This document shows positions 26,101 through 37,713 of a stretch of 64,000 bases of DNA, piece by piece. The notes beneath the pieces were generated by a model. The model was not told the DNA's origin. It did no database searches and worked only from the letters and a program-made list of their open reading frames with translations. Origin of the DNA: Ranitomeya imitator (lineage: Eukaryota). The stretch covers positions 191,518,001 through 191,582,000 of the forward strand of contig NC_091284.1 of assembly GCF_032444005.1 (NCBI RefSeq), in the 5' to 3' direction. Positions within the stretch are counted from its first letter, which is position 1, and each line of letters starts with the position of its first letter. The translations under genes were made by a program, and so were the position numbers.

Positions 26101-26990
26101 CAGTGCATATCCTCGCCTCTCACTCCCCTCCTTCCGGCTTCTTCAGATTGTGCGGCGTCACGGCCGTGGCATGCTATTAGGGATCAGCTGACGCCGCACA
26201 GTCTGAAGAGGCCGGAAGGAGGGGAGTGAGAGGCGAGGATATACACTGCGCATGCCCATGGATCCCAGGCCCGCAGTGGGATTAAATTAGACGACACTGC
26301 GAGGTGGGATCTCGGGCAGCGTGGACGCACAGGCGTTGCCAGCCCAACATCAAATGATGTCAGAAGACGGGCAGCGCAAACTGTGCATGGCCAAGGGATA
26401 ACATAACAGCGCAGGGTTCATGACAGAATCAAACAACGCTGAGGAGGCGGCACATGGAGCCAAGGGGGTAGGAATGACGGCTGTGCTGCGTCACATAACA
26501 AAGGAAAGTCACACCTCCCGGACGGTTTAACTGTGTGAGGAGACACATTTCATAAGTGTTGGGTTCAGCGTGTACAAGGAGCACAACGAAAATAGGCACC
26601 TTTTCCTTGTGCAGCATTACTGCTGCACAAGGTGGCTCTTTCAGTAACAAACGCCTGGGGGGGGGACAGGTTCCCTTACATTTTAGTTGTGCCAGCGTGG
26701 CGGTCGCATGACACGTTGCCGGATACACAGCAGGGGAGCAGCAGGCGTGACTGAACCCCACTAACACATTGGCGAGGTGTTTGGCTCTGTGCAAACAGCA
26801 CTTCCGGGCAGCAACCAGCAGTGTTGGAGCCCAGGGACAGCAGGAGGAGCAGAGTGTAGGCCAAAGCCTGCACTGTAGGCATGTCAATGTCTGTTAGTGT
26901 GCCAGCATGGCGGTCGCATGACACGTTGCCGGATACACAGTTGGGAATCAGCTAACATTACTGAAACCCAATAACACGGCAGCAAGTGTT
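20130..26990. repeat. Tandem ~1.5-2 kb duplications, each with ~200-bp subrepeats and an old T2-type MITE
   Basis: GGCCAAAGCCTAATTGAACC at 20401 and 21901, a variant at ~23853 and a diverged copy at ~25646. MITE ends GGTTCCCT-TTAA or CTGTTCCCT-TTAA at 21296, 22830 and 25254. Confidence 0.85.
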
Positions 26991-28281
26991 AACTGTGCAG
27001 CCAGCACTTCCAGGCACCAACTGGCGGTGTTAGAGCCCAGGGACAGCAGGAGGAGCAGATTGGAGGTATTGCCGCACACACAGCTGGGGAACAGCTGATG
27101 TTACTGAACCCCAATAACAGAGGAGTGACTGTTGACTGTGTAGACTGGGCTGGGAGTGTGAGGATGACTGGGAACGTGGTGCTGTGGGTGGAATTACAGT
27201 GGGTCTCTGGACAACAGTGCCAGAGGTTCTTCCATGGCGATCCTTGGGAGGAAGCCAAACCAGCTGTGTGTGAGCTGGAGGAAGAGGCAACACGAGCTGA
27301 AGAAGTGGTAGCTGCCGCTGTTGGTTGGTCTAGGTGTTCAGTGTGTTTTTGTAACTCCACCGCGTGCCTGTTCCGCACATGTTTCCACATATTTGTGGTA
27401 TTGAGGTTGCTGACACTTTTCCCTCTTTTGAGTTTCTGATTACACAGCTTGCATTTGACAAAGCAAATGTCATCTGCAACTGTGTCAAAAAAGGACCAGG
27501 CACTGCAAGTCTTGGGAGCGCCCTTTTTGGCTTTTAGAAGAGACAAGCTCCTAACGGGTGCCAAAGTGGAGGCTACAGGCTCCACAGTCTTCCCCCTCCC
27601 TCTTCCTCTTTGGCCCGTTCGGGGAATCTCTTCCTCAGAGCTGCTCCCACCACCTTCCTGTACCTCACGCCACGATGGGTCAAGGACCTCATCATCTACA
27701 CTACCCTCTGCCACCAACTTCTCCTCCTGGGTAGTCTCGGCAGCACAGTACGCATCATAAAGCGGCACCTGAGTTTCATCATCAGATGCGTACTGCGCTG
27801 TGGTGACCGGAGGCACTGGGCCACCCGTCTCTTCAGAGTCAGAGAGAGAAAGCTGTTGGGCATCACTGCGCACTGCCTCTTCATCCATTTCTCCAATGCT
27901 GCTTGGCTGGCCCCCTGTTTCCAAGCCAAGAGATTCAGAGAACAGAAGTAGAGACGGCTCCTGTCCTGGGCTCTCTGACTGCCTGGCCAATTTGGCAGGT
28001 GGTGAAGAAACAGATGGCTGCTCTCCAGTGCTCGGTGCCTGAGAGGATGTGGCACTAATTGAAGTCGATGCGTTAGCTGCCATCCATCCGACAACGGCTT
28101 CAATTTGATCTTCACGCAGCAGCAGTGTACGGCGCTCTCCGACAAAGCTGCGCATGAAGGACTGTTCCCTGCTGAAAGTGGGTGATGATGAGTCACCGGT
28201 GCCCGCAGCAGGCACAGAATCACCACGTCCTCTCCCTGCTCCATGCCCATGCCGACGTGCCTTACTCCCTGCCCTCTTCAT
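26989..28281 (-). CDS. Truncated hAT transposase N-terminus with BED zinc finger; no catalytic domain
   Basis: SAWSFF...VKCKLCNQKLKRGKSVSNLNTTNMWKHVRNRH fits the BED W-F...CxxC...H-x4-H pattern. The ORF then runs into repeat DNA. Confidence 0.8.
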   Translation of the reverse strand: MKRAGSKARRHGHGAGRGRGDSVPAAGTGDSSSPTFSREQSFMRSFVGERRTLLLREDQIEAVVGWMAANASTSISATSSQAPSTGEQPSVSSPPAKLARQSESPGQEPSLLLFSESLGLETGGQPSSIGEMDEEAVRSDAQQLSLSDSEETGGPVPPVTTAQYASDDETQVPLYDAYCAAETTQEEKLVAEGSVDDEVLDPSWREVQEGGGSSSEEEIPRTGQRGRGRGKTVEPVASTLAPVRSLSLLKAKKGAPKTCSAWSFFDTVADDICFVKCKLCNQKLKRGKSVSNLNTTNMWKHVRNRHAVELQKHTEHLDQPTAAATTSSARVASSSSSHTAGLASSQGSPWKNLWHCCPETHCNSTHSTTFPVILTLPAQSTQSTVTPLLLGFSNISCSPAVCAAIPPICSSCCPWALTPPVGAWKCWLHS

Positions 28282-28827
28282 CTTGGTTGACAGATAAAGA
28301 TAAGCAGAAAAGTACTAAAGGCTTAGTGTGCTTATTCCTGAACAGCTCCTCCTAACAGCTATAAGAAACACTAATTTTCTAAAGTGTGGCCTAGACTTTA
28401 TTATGAGCTAATGTGGCCTACACAACTGTGAAGTGGTGTGTTTGGTGAACTTTACTTTTTTTTGGACAGATCTGACTACAGAGCGAGTTTCACTCACACG
28501 GAGACCGTGCAGACAGCCGTAAACGGCGCTGCAAGACCCAAAAAACCACCTCTATGTTATCCTATGTAGTGTTTTTCCACTATTTTGCTGGATACGGGTG
28601 GAAAGCCACTAATAGGAAATTTTTGAAAAAATGTGCACCAGGATGCACTATATTAGCAAAAAAGGTCAATGTATTTTACGGTATGAGTCAGTAACGCACC
28701 CTGAGCTGAATACAACCGGCTGTGGCTGCACATAGACTACAGGGCGAGCTGCACTCACACAGAGACCGTGCAGACAGCCGTAAACGGCGCTGCAAGGCCA
28801 AAAAAACCTCCTCTATGTTATCCTATG

Positions 28828-31800
28828 GAAACAGGAACACATGGGCTACTTGCACAGTGAACAAGTCTGTATGATCATGTTCACACACCACCAAGAAACC
28901 TGAAGACACAAAAGAGAATAGTAAAACCAAAAACACTCAGTTTGAAAAAATGTTGCAGTAATCCGCAAGTGCTAGTAAAAGATGTAAAAAACAGGGTATT
29001 TGGTTGATACGTTTTTTGCAAAAAATGTATACTAAGCTGCTCTACCAATCTTCACGGTATACCCTTATCAGAGCAGTCCTAACTAATGTATGCAATCCCT
29101 ATCTGATGTATTTAAAAACCTGATCATCTGTATATAACCTGTGTGAACAGGGTTCAGAGAGGAAAAATCCATGTGTGCATACAGGGTAGAACAGCTTTTG
29201 TGCAGATAGCCCAAGAGGAGTGGTGGAACTCCCCAGTCTTGTAGACACAAGAGAACAATTATGGAAACAGGAACACATGGGCTACTTGCACAGTGAACAA
29301 GTCTGTATGATCATGTTCACACACCACCAAGAAACCTGAAGACACAAAAGAGAATAGTAAAACCAAAAACACTCAGTTTGAAAAAATGTTGCAGTAATCC
29401 GCAAGTGCTAGTAAAAGATGTAAAAAACAGGGTATTTGGTTGATACGTTTTTTGCAAAAAATGTATACTAAGCTGCTCTACCAATCTTCACGGTATACCC
29501 TTATCAGAGCAGTCCTAACTAATGTATGCAATCCCTATCTGATGTATTTAAAAACCTGATCATCTGTATATAACCTGTGTGAACATGGTTCAGAGAGGAA
29601 AAATCCATGTGTGCATACAGGGTAGAACAGCTTTTGTGCAGATAGCCCAAGAGGAGTGGTGGAACTCCCCAGTCTTGTAGACACAAGAGAACAATTATGG
29701 AAACAGGAACACATGGGCTACTTGCACAGTGAACAAGTCTGTATGATCATGTTCACACACCACCAAGAAACCTGAAGACACAAAAGAGAATAGTAAAACC
29801 AAAAACACTCAGTTTGAAAAAATGTTGCAGTAATCCGCAAGTGCTAGTAAAAGATGTAAAAAACAGGGTATTTGGTTGATACGTTTTTTGCAAAAAATGT
29901 ATACTAAGCTGCTCTACCAATCTTCACGGTATACCCTTATCAGAGCAGTCCTAACTAATGTATGCAATCCCTATCTGATGTATTTAAAAACATTTTTTTA
30001 AAAACGTATCAACCAAATACCCTGTTTTTTACATCTTTTACTAGCACTTGCGGATTACTGCAACATTTTTTCAAACTGAGTGTTTTTGGTTTTACTATTC
30101 TCTTTTGTGTCCTCAGGTTTCTTGGTGGTGTGTGAACATGATCATACAGACTTGTTCACTGTGCAAGTAGCCCATGTGTTCCTGTTTCCATAATTGTTCT
30201 CTTGTGTCTACAAGACTGGGGAGTTCCACCACTCCTCTTGGGCTATCTGCACAAAAGCTGTTCTACCCTGTATGCACACATGGATTTTTACTCTCTAAAC
30301 CCTGTTCACACAGGTTATATACAGATGATCAGGTTTTTAAATACATCAGATAGGGATTGCATACATTAGTTAGGACTGCTCTGATAAGGGTATACCGTGA
30401 AGATTGGTAGAGCAGCTTAGTATACATTTTTTGCAAAAAACGTATCAACCAAATACCCTGTTTTTTACATCTTTTACTAGCACTTGTGGATTACTGCAAC
30501 ATTTTTTCAAACTGAGTGTTTTTGGTTTTACTATTCTCTTTTGTGTCTTCAGGTTTCTTGGTGGTGTGTGAACATGATCATACAGACTTGTTCACTGTGC
30601 AAGTAGCCCATGTGTTCCTGTTTCCATAATTGTTCTCTTGTGTCTACAAGACTGGGGAGTTCCACCACTCCTCTTGGGCTATCTGCACAAAAGCTGTTCT
30701 ACCCTGTATGCACACATGGATTTTTCCTCTCTGAACCATGTTCACACAGGTTATATACAGATGATCAGGTTTTTAAATACATCAGATAGGGATTGCATAC
30801 ATTAGTTAGGACTGCTCTGATAAGGGTATACCGTGAAGATTGGTAGAGCAGCTTAGTATACATTTTTTGCAAAAAACGTATCAACCAAATACCCTGTTTT
30901 TTACATCTTTTACTAGCACTTGCGGATTACTGCAACATTTTTTCAAACTGAGTGTTTTTGGTTTTACTATTCTCTTTTGTGTCTTCAGGTTTCTTGGTGG
31001 TGTGTGAACATGATCATACAGACTTGTTCACTGTGCAAGTAGCCCATGTGTTCCTGTTTCCATAATTGTTCTCTTGTGTCTACAAGACTGGGGAGTTCCA
31101 CCACTCCTCTTGGGCTATCTGCACAAAAGCTGTTCTACCCTGTATGCACACATGGATTTTTCCTCTCTGAACCCTGTTCACACAGGTTATATACAGATGA
31201 TCAGGTTTTTAAATACATCAGATAGGGATTGCATACATTAGTTAGGACTGCTCTGATAAGGGTATACCGTGAAGATTGGTAGAGCAGCTTAGTATACATT
31301 TTTTGCAAAAAACGTATCAACCAAATACCCTGTTTTTTACATCTTTTACTAGCACTTGCGGATTACTGCAACATTTTTTCAAACTGAGTGTTTTTGGTTT
31401 TACTATTCTCTTTTGTGTCTTCAGGTTTCTTGGTGGTGTGTGAACATGATCATACAGACTTGTTCACTGTGCAAGTAGCCCATGTGTTCCTGTTTCCATA
31501 ATTGTTCTCTTGTGTCTACAAGACTGGGGAGTTCCACCACTCCTCTTGGGCTATCTGCACAAAAGCTGTTCTACCCTGTATGCACACATGGATTTTTCCT
31601 CTCTGAACCCTGTTCACACAGGTTATATACAGATGATCAGGTTTTTAAATACATCAGATAGGGATTGCATACATTAGTTAGGACTGCTCTGATAAGGGTA
31701 TACCGTGAAGATTGGTAGAGCAGCTTAGTATACATTTTTTGCAAAAAACGTATCAACCAAATACCCTGTTTTTTACATCTTTTACTAGCACTTGCGGATT

Positions 31801-32292
31801 ACTGCAACATTTTTTCAAACTGAGTGTTTTTGGTTTTACTATTCTCTTTTGTGTCTTCAGGTTTCTTGGTGGTGTGTGAACATGATCATACAGACTTGTT
31901 CACTGTGCAAGTAGCCCATGTGTTCCTGTTTCCATAATTGTTCTCTTGTGTCTACAAGACTGGGGAGTTCCACCACTCCTCTTGGGCTATCTGCACAAAA
32001 GCTGTTCTACCCTGTATGCACACATGGATTTTTCCTCTCTGAACCCTGTTCACACAGGTTATATACAGATGATCAGGTTTTTAAATACATCAGATAGGGA
32101 TTGCATACATTAGTTAGGACTGCTCTGATAAGGGTATACCGTGAAGATTGGTAGAGCAGCTTAGTATACATTTTTTGCAAAAAACGTATCAACCAAATAC
32201 CCTGTTTTTTACATCTTTTACTAGCACTTGCGGATTACTGCAACATTTTTTCAAACTGAGTGTTTTTGGTTTTACTATTCTCTTTTGTGTCT
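28828..32292. repeat. 436-bp satellite array, ~2.7 units forward then ~5.3 units inverted
   Basis: GGAAACAGGAACAC at 28827, 29263 and 29699. Orientation switches at 29990/29991. Reverse units continue at a 436-bp period to 32292. Confidence 0.92.
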
Positions 32293-33002
32293 TCTATGTT
32301 ATCCTATGTAGTGTTTTTCCACAATTTTGCTGGATACGGGTGGAAAGCCACTAATAGGAAATTTTTGAAAAAATGTGCAGCAGGCTGCACTATTAGCAAA
32401 AAAGGACAATGTATTTTACCGTATGAAGCAGTAACGCACTCTGAGCTGAATACAACCGGCTGTGGCTGCACACAGACTACAGGGCGAGCTGCGCTCACAC
32501 GGAGACCGTGCAGACAGCCGAAAACGGCGCTGCAAGGCCCCAAAAAACTCCTCTATGTTATCCTATGTAGTGTTTTTCCACTATTTAGCTGGATACGGGT
32601 GGAAAGCCACTAATAGGAAATTTTTGAAAAAAGGTACAGCAGGCTGCACTATTAGCAAAAAAGGACAATGGATAGAACAGTATGAGGCAGTGTGAACCCC
32701 CCTGAGCTGAATACAACCGGCTATGGCTGCACACAGACTACAGAGTGCTGAACAGGATGTGCCCACACTTGCAATCATTCTTCATTGGCTGAATTCGTGC
32801 AGTTTGAATTCTGGGGTCTGGGCACTTCCGATTCCGGTATCCGATATGCGGTAAATATCGGAACTCGGTATCGGAATTCCGATACCGCAAATATCGGCCG
32901 ATACCCGATACTTGCGGTATCGGAATGCTCAACACTAGTAGTCCAGGAAAAAGATGTGCACACTGTCACTGGGTTGGTGCAGGCATGAACAAAATAGTCC
33001 AA

Positions 33003-34530
33003 GTATAGGAAAAATCAGCAGCACTCAAATGGTTGAAAGTTCAGCAAACTGTGTAGTTTCTTTATTAACATATACAATAAACATCACCAGGTGCTTTTTT
33101 AGGAGGTAAATGGGTGGCGGACTATTCAATTCGGGTAACGTTTCGACCCCGGTCTTTATCAAAACCTCACTTATGCCAAAGAGGTAGAGGAGAGGAGAAA
33201 GAGCCGAGTTCCCATAGGGCAGCTCTGGTGGAGTTGTGTAGAAGCGCGTCCGCTTGGTGGGTGATGTAGCACCATTTGAGTGCGGCTGATTTTTCCTATA
33301 CCAACACTAGTAGTCAACATGGGCTCACAGAAGGTCACCTCTGTAACTGTTGTGTGATCCTTCTCATAGTTAATCATTTTTCTAAGGCCATCAGAGGCAG
33401 TGGGGTGGCTAGAGGGAGAAGGAGGGCAACCCTTCCCCAGAGCATCCACACGTACAATTCATTTTAGCAAGTGTTCTTTTTTTGCTGGTGTATTCCTTTT
33501 TCTATGCATCCCTTCCCACATAATAAAATGGTTTATGGTTCATGGATTTTTTTGTCCAAGTCCTCCTCCACCATATCCACACAGTCAACATGTGTTCCTC
33601 ATTCAATTTTTAGAGAACCATCAGAGAAAATGGGGCATCCAGAAGGAGATGGCGGTCAACTGCTGTGCCCTTTTCCGCAAGCCAGCTACGACTACAGTTC
33701 ACCAACTGTTTTCTGACCTGCCCACACGATTGAACTCAACATTAAATATGTACTTAGCAAGGCTTTGTAAGCAGCAGTGAACATTAGTTGAATACCACTC
33801 CAACAAGCCGTCAGTATTCCGCTCAGCCTGCGCACATAACAAGTGATGAGGGGCCCTGGATAGATGACATTGGTGAGGAATCAACCAAGATTGTGAGTGG
33901 CGTTGTCGCAGTATACAGTGTAAATGCTTCTGCGTCTACTCAAACTTTTACTTTTCAAAATTAAAGTGGAAGTTTTGTATGTGGACCAGGCGGAGATTGA
34001 GGAAGGAAGTAAACAGGGTGCTATGTGCTTGCCAATCTCCTTGTCCAGAATGCAGAATGGATGTGTGCAGCCCTGCAACTGTCATTGCAGATTCGCAAAA
34101 CCATCAGCAACCACATCCACTTTCTTGTTCCAGCACAGCATGGACCCCAGTAGAGACCCCAGGCCTTACACGTTTTCATTATTTTCTAAATTTTTCTCTG
34201 TGTATTCATTTTCTCTTGTTCTATTGTTTTTCCTATGAATAGCATTAGAGTCATGCTCATTTGAAGTTTTATCCTTTTATCACCATGATGTATTGATGTT
34301 ATGAGTGGCATAATGTGAAGTTGTAATTTTTTTGTTCTTTTTATTTAATGACATGAATTGAATGATGGTGTTTTATACAGTTTATTTTGTTTTATGGCTT
34401 TCTGCATTTTTTTGTTATTAGACTGATGAAGGTCAGGTATTGAACGAAACATCTGTTATTTTTCTAGAGTTTCAACATTCAATAAATAAGTTCTTGAATA
34501 TGAGTGCCAAGTATTTCTACATTGCTGTTG
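33003..34530 (+). mobile_element. Penelope-like retroelement relic with inverted 5' terminal piece
   Basis: 30-bp inverted repeat (33003-33032 / 33272-33301, 29 of 30 match); frameshifted GIY-YIG-like LYV..TRRRLRK at ~33975-34005; hammerhead-like cores at 33140-33162 (-) and 34423-34457 (+); AATAAA...GAGTGC 3' end. Confidence 0.5.
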
Positions 34531-35444
34531 ATGAATTTGGTTATCTTACTTGTGCACCACCAGAATTCCAGAAGTGCTGTGTTTTCCTACTTACATGACC
34601 ATAAAGACACAGAATTAGGCAATGAATACTTAGAAAGAAGGGCTCATGCTGTGGACTGTGGAAGAGTCCACAACAATGAAATTGGTAGAACTTGCCAGTA
34701 AAGGATATTTTTTCAAGTCAGGAAACTGACCTCATCCCTTATTAAATCCATATGTAAATGTTCAAATAAAAAGTCTCATAGAGTTAATTACAACAGCTAA
34801 CCAAACAGAAAAAATAGAAAATAATTTGTATCTTTTACAACAGGTAAAGGTGCTGCTAGCACTTTAGGATTTATGATGACCAAATCAAACATTTTGTAAA
34901 AAGTCTGTGAAACAGATTCCTTAAAATCCTTGCAAGACGGTAAACTGATGTGCTAGAAAATAATTCCTGCTTTCATTACAGCTTCAGAAAAAAGCAACAT
35001 TGCTGTTAAAAATGTCACCCCCGAAGCCTGTACGTAGTGCCCACACAGAGGCTGTTTCACTATGACATCAGAGACTGCCCATCACTTGATCAGCATCCTG
35101 TCCCCAAGCTACTCAGACCATAGAGGCGGCGACACCCATGATTCGGCGGTTAAGCTTGACTTCCCAAAATTAGTGAACATTTTGGGGGGAACAGTGGGAC
35201 ATCTAGAGTCATAAAGCTGATGCAGTATGTGCAATGCCTGACAAAAATTAGAAGGAGGCATTGTGATACACCCTGGATGAGATGTAGAGGAGTGCCTTTG
35301 AAAAATTAGTTTTCTCATTTTGAACTCCTACACTGGTAAAGCCAATGCACTATGTGGAAGAGATGACAAGAATCAGAAAGAGGCACTGCGATACATCCTC
35401 TGCGTGCACCATCAGCAGCACGTCCACTTCCCCATCCCTTACCA

Positions 35445-35630
35445 CAGGGGTCCCCAACTCCAGGCCTCGAGGGCCGCCAACAGTGCAGGTTTTCAGGATT
35501 TCTTTAGTATTGCATCGGTGGTAATGTGATCATCTGCACAGGTGATGATTCCAACCCCTGTGCAATACTAAGGAAATCCTGAAAACCTGCACTGTTGGCG
35601 GCCCTCGAGGCCTGGAGTTGGGGACCACTG
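35445..35630. mobile_element. hAT MITE, 186-bp palindrome
   Basis: CAGGGGTCCCCAACTCCAGG termini and an exact 8-bp TSD CCTTACCA. Confidence 0.93.
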
Positions 35631-35669
35631 CCTTACCACATGCCTCACACATTTTAAATTATCTATGCA

Positions 35670-36190
35670 GCTAAGAGCAGTATTATTAGAGAATAGAGTC
35701 TATTTGAATTGTCTCAAAAAGGATGTTTTTCTTCTACGTGACAGCAACAAAGTCTGTAACGCAGTCAAACGTTGAAAAATGTCTGTAGTTTGCTAATCCC
35801 TGCTCCAACGAAACTCAAAATTATTTATAGATATGAGGGGTATTAGGAGAGAATCGAATCTATTTGAATTGTCAGTGAAAGGATTATATCTTATATGTGG
35901 AACAAAACTCTGGAACGCAATCACACATGCCGAAATGTCTGTAATACAATAATCTCTACTCCGTCACTGGATCTTCAATTTTTTTCAAGTATCAGCTGTA
36001 GTATTAGAGAATAGGATCTATTTGAATTAGCACTGAAAAGATCTGTTACTTTAAATTAGCAACATCAAGGACTGTTATGCCATCAAACTTTGTCTTATTT
36101 CCACTATTAGACTCTTCCTTCTACAGCAAATACTCCTCCATAAAATGTAACTAACTTCAACATTGTAGAATAGAATCTATATGCTTTACC
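35670..36190. repeat. Diverged ~160-bp tandem repeat (3-4 copies)
   Basis: TATTAGAGAATAG(A/G)ATCTATTTGAATT-like motif near 35680, 35840, 36000 and 36165. Confidence 0.55.
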
Positions 36191-37520
36191 TCTAAAAAAG
36201 GGCTGTTGAGGCTGTCGAGCACACTGCCACTTCTTCTGCATCTCTCACTAAGCTATTTCCTTGTACAATTCAAGGAAAATATAGGCACAGCGTCTCATAT
36301 AGACTCGATAATGCTATGCAGCCAGCCAATCACAGTAATGCCAAAAGCCAACAAGGTTATGGCATTACTGTGATTATCAGGCATTCCCTGCATGTTTAGT
36401 GGCTGAAAATGAGGTGTCAAACACGCAGGGCACAGAGCAAGTACCCAGATACTCAATCAAGTGCCGAGCATCTTGAGCAGCAGGATACTTGATCGAGCCT
36501 CAGAATGGTGAATATAATTTATAATTTAATTAGCATTTTTCTCATAGCCTATATATTACTGTTTTTATTAGGTTGCTTTTGTCTATTATTACTTACTGCA
36601 AATATCATAAATCATTCAGTATGATAAATATGCCTTAGACAATGTCTAGAAATAAATCTTTATCGTATTCGATTTCCATTTACTATAGAATTTTACAAGA
36701 GTAGTGTTACTGTAAAACAGTAACTTTTTGCATCAGTTTATTTAAGAGAGTATGTCATTTTATTGCATGAATTAGGCTTGTATAAAGTCCTAAAGGAGAG
36801 GAGTCATAACTAGAATGATGGATTTATTTTGTAATAAAACTCGCTATGTCTTGAAGGGTGTCGCTGACTTATATTGTGGTGATAAATGGTGGTGCAAAAA
36901 GCTGCAACCCAGATGAACTGGTGAACAAAGCCTTAGTGATCTACGGACGTGCATTATTGAAACAATATACTGGATAGTCCCATATGTACAGACGAGGTAA
37001 GTATCAGTGAAAAAGACAAAGATTTATTTTTTCTAATGTATTATTTTTGATCTTTACAAGACAATATAACCTTGTAATAAACAGCGTAAGTCACCATCTA
37101 ATGTAAATGGCTTGCTTTTGCAGCAGGTTACTAAAGCTTAGACCATAATATTTGTGCTTAAATTATGAAGCTGAATACAATGCAATGAATCTCAAAAGCA
37201 AGTTTGATTTGCATTGTTTTTCAGGTATGCAGCCTGTATAATTGACCCATCAATCAGTCTGTGATTATGTCTTTCAATAATTTATTGAAGTTTGATCATT
37301 TTTAACTGTAAGAGGGTCATTTAAAAAAAATTGTTCTGTTTTTGTTTTTTTGTTTTTTTAATTACTTGGGAAATTAAATTTTTTGCTTGAATACAAACCT
37401 TTGTTGGTTACTGCAAATCTGGAAATCTTGGAAAGTTTACCAAGCACCGATTACACATGTAAATATATAGTCTGCATTGGAGGAATTCTACGTGTTTTTA
37501 CATTTGTGGAGTGTCAATAA

Positions 37521-37713
37521 GGCCATTTTCACATGTTGTGGATTTGGTCAGGATTTTACCTCAGTATTTGTAGCCAATACCAGGAGTGAAACAATCAGAG
37601 GAAAAGTGTAATAGAAACACGTCACCACTTCTGTATTTATCACCCACTCCTGGTTTAGACTTACAAATACTGAGGTAAAATACTGACCAAATACTGAATG
37701 TGTGCATGTGGCC
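37521..37713. mobile_element. Short Harbinger-type MITE
   Basis: GGCCATTTTCACA / TGTGCATGTGGCC termini with inverted CCTCAGTATTTGTA arms. Confidence 0.7.

Larger units (their letters stand above)
17091..32937 (-). mobile_element. Giant non-autonomous hAT element (15.8 kb)
   Basis: TIR TAGTGTTGAGC / GCTCAACACTA; 8-bp TSD GTAGTCAA / GTAGTCCA (7 of 8 match); CCGATA-rich subterminal repeats at both ends; internal BED-finger ORF. Confidence 0.88.

Noticed and set aside
26989-28281. Domesticated ZBED-type host gene
   Set aside because: It lies within TIR/TSD-bounded hAT ends and degenerates into repeat DNA after the BED finger.
30370-30420. CTGATAA plus hairpin in the 436-bp unit as a possible hammerhead
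   Set aside because: The box is not CUGANGA and no GAAA follows the stem.
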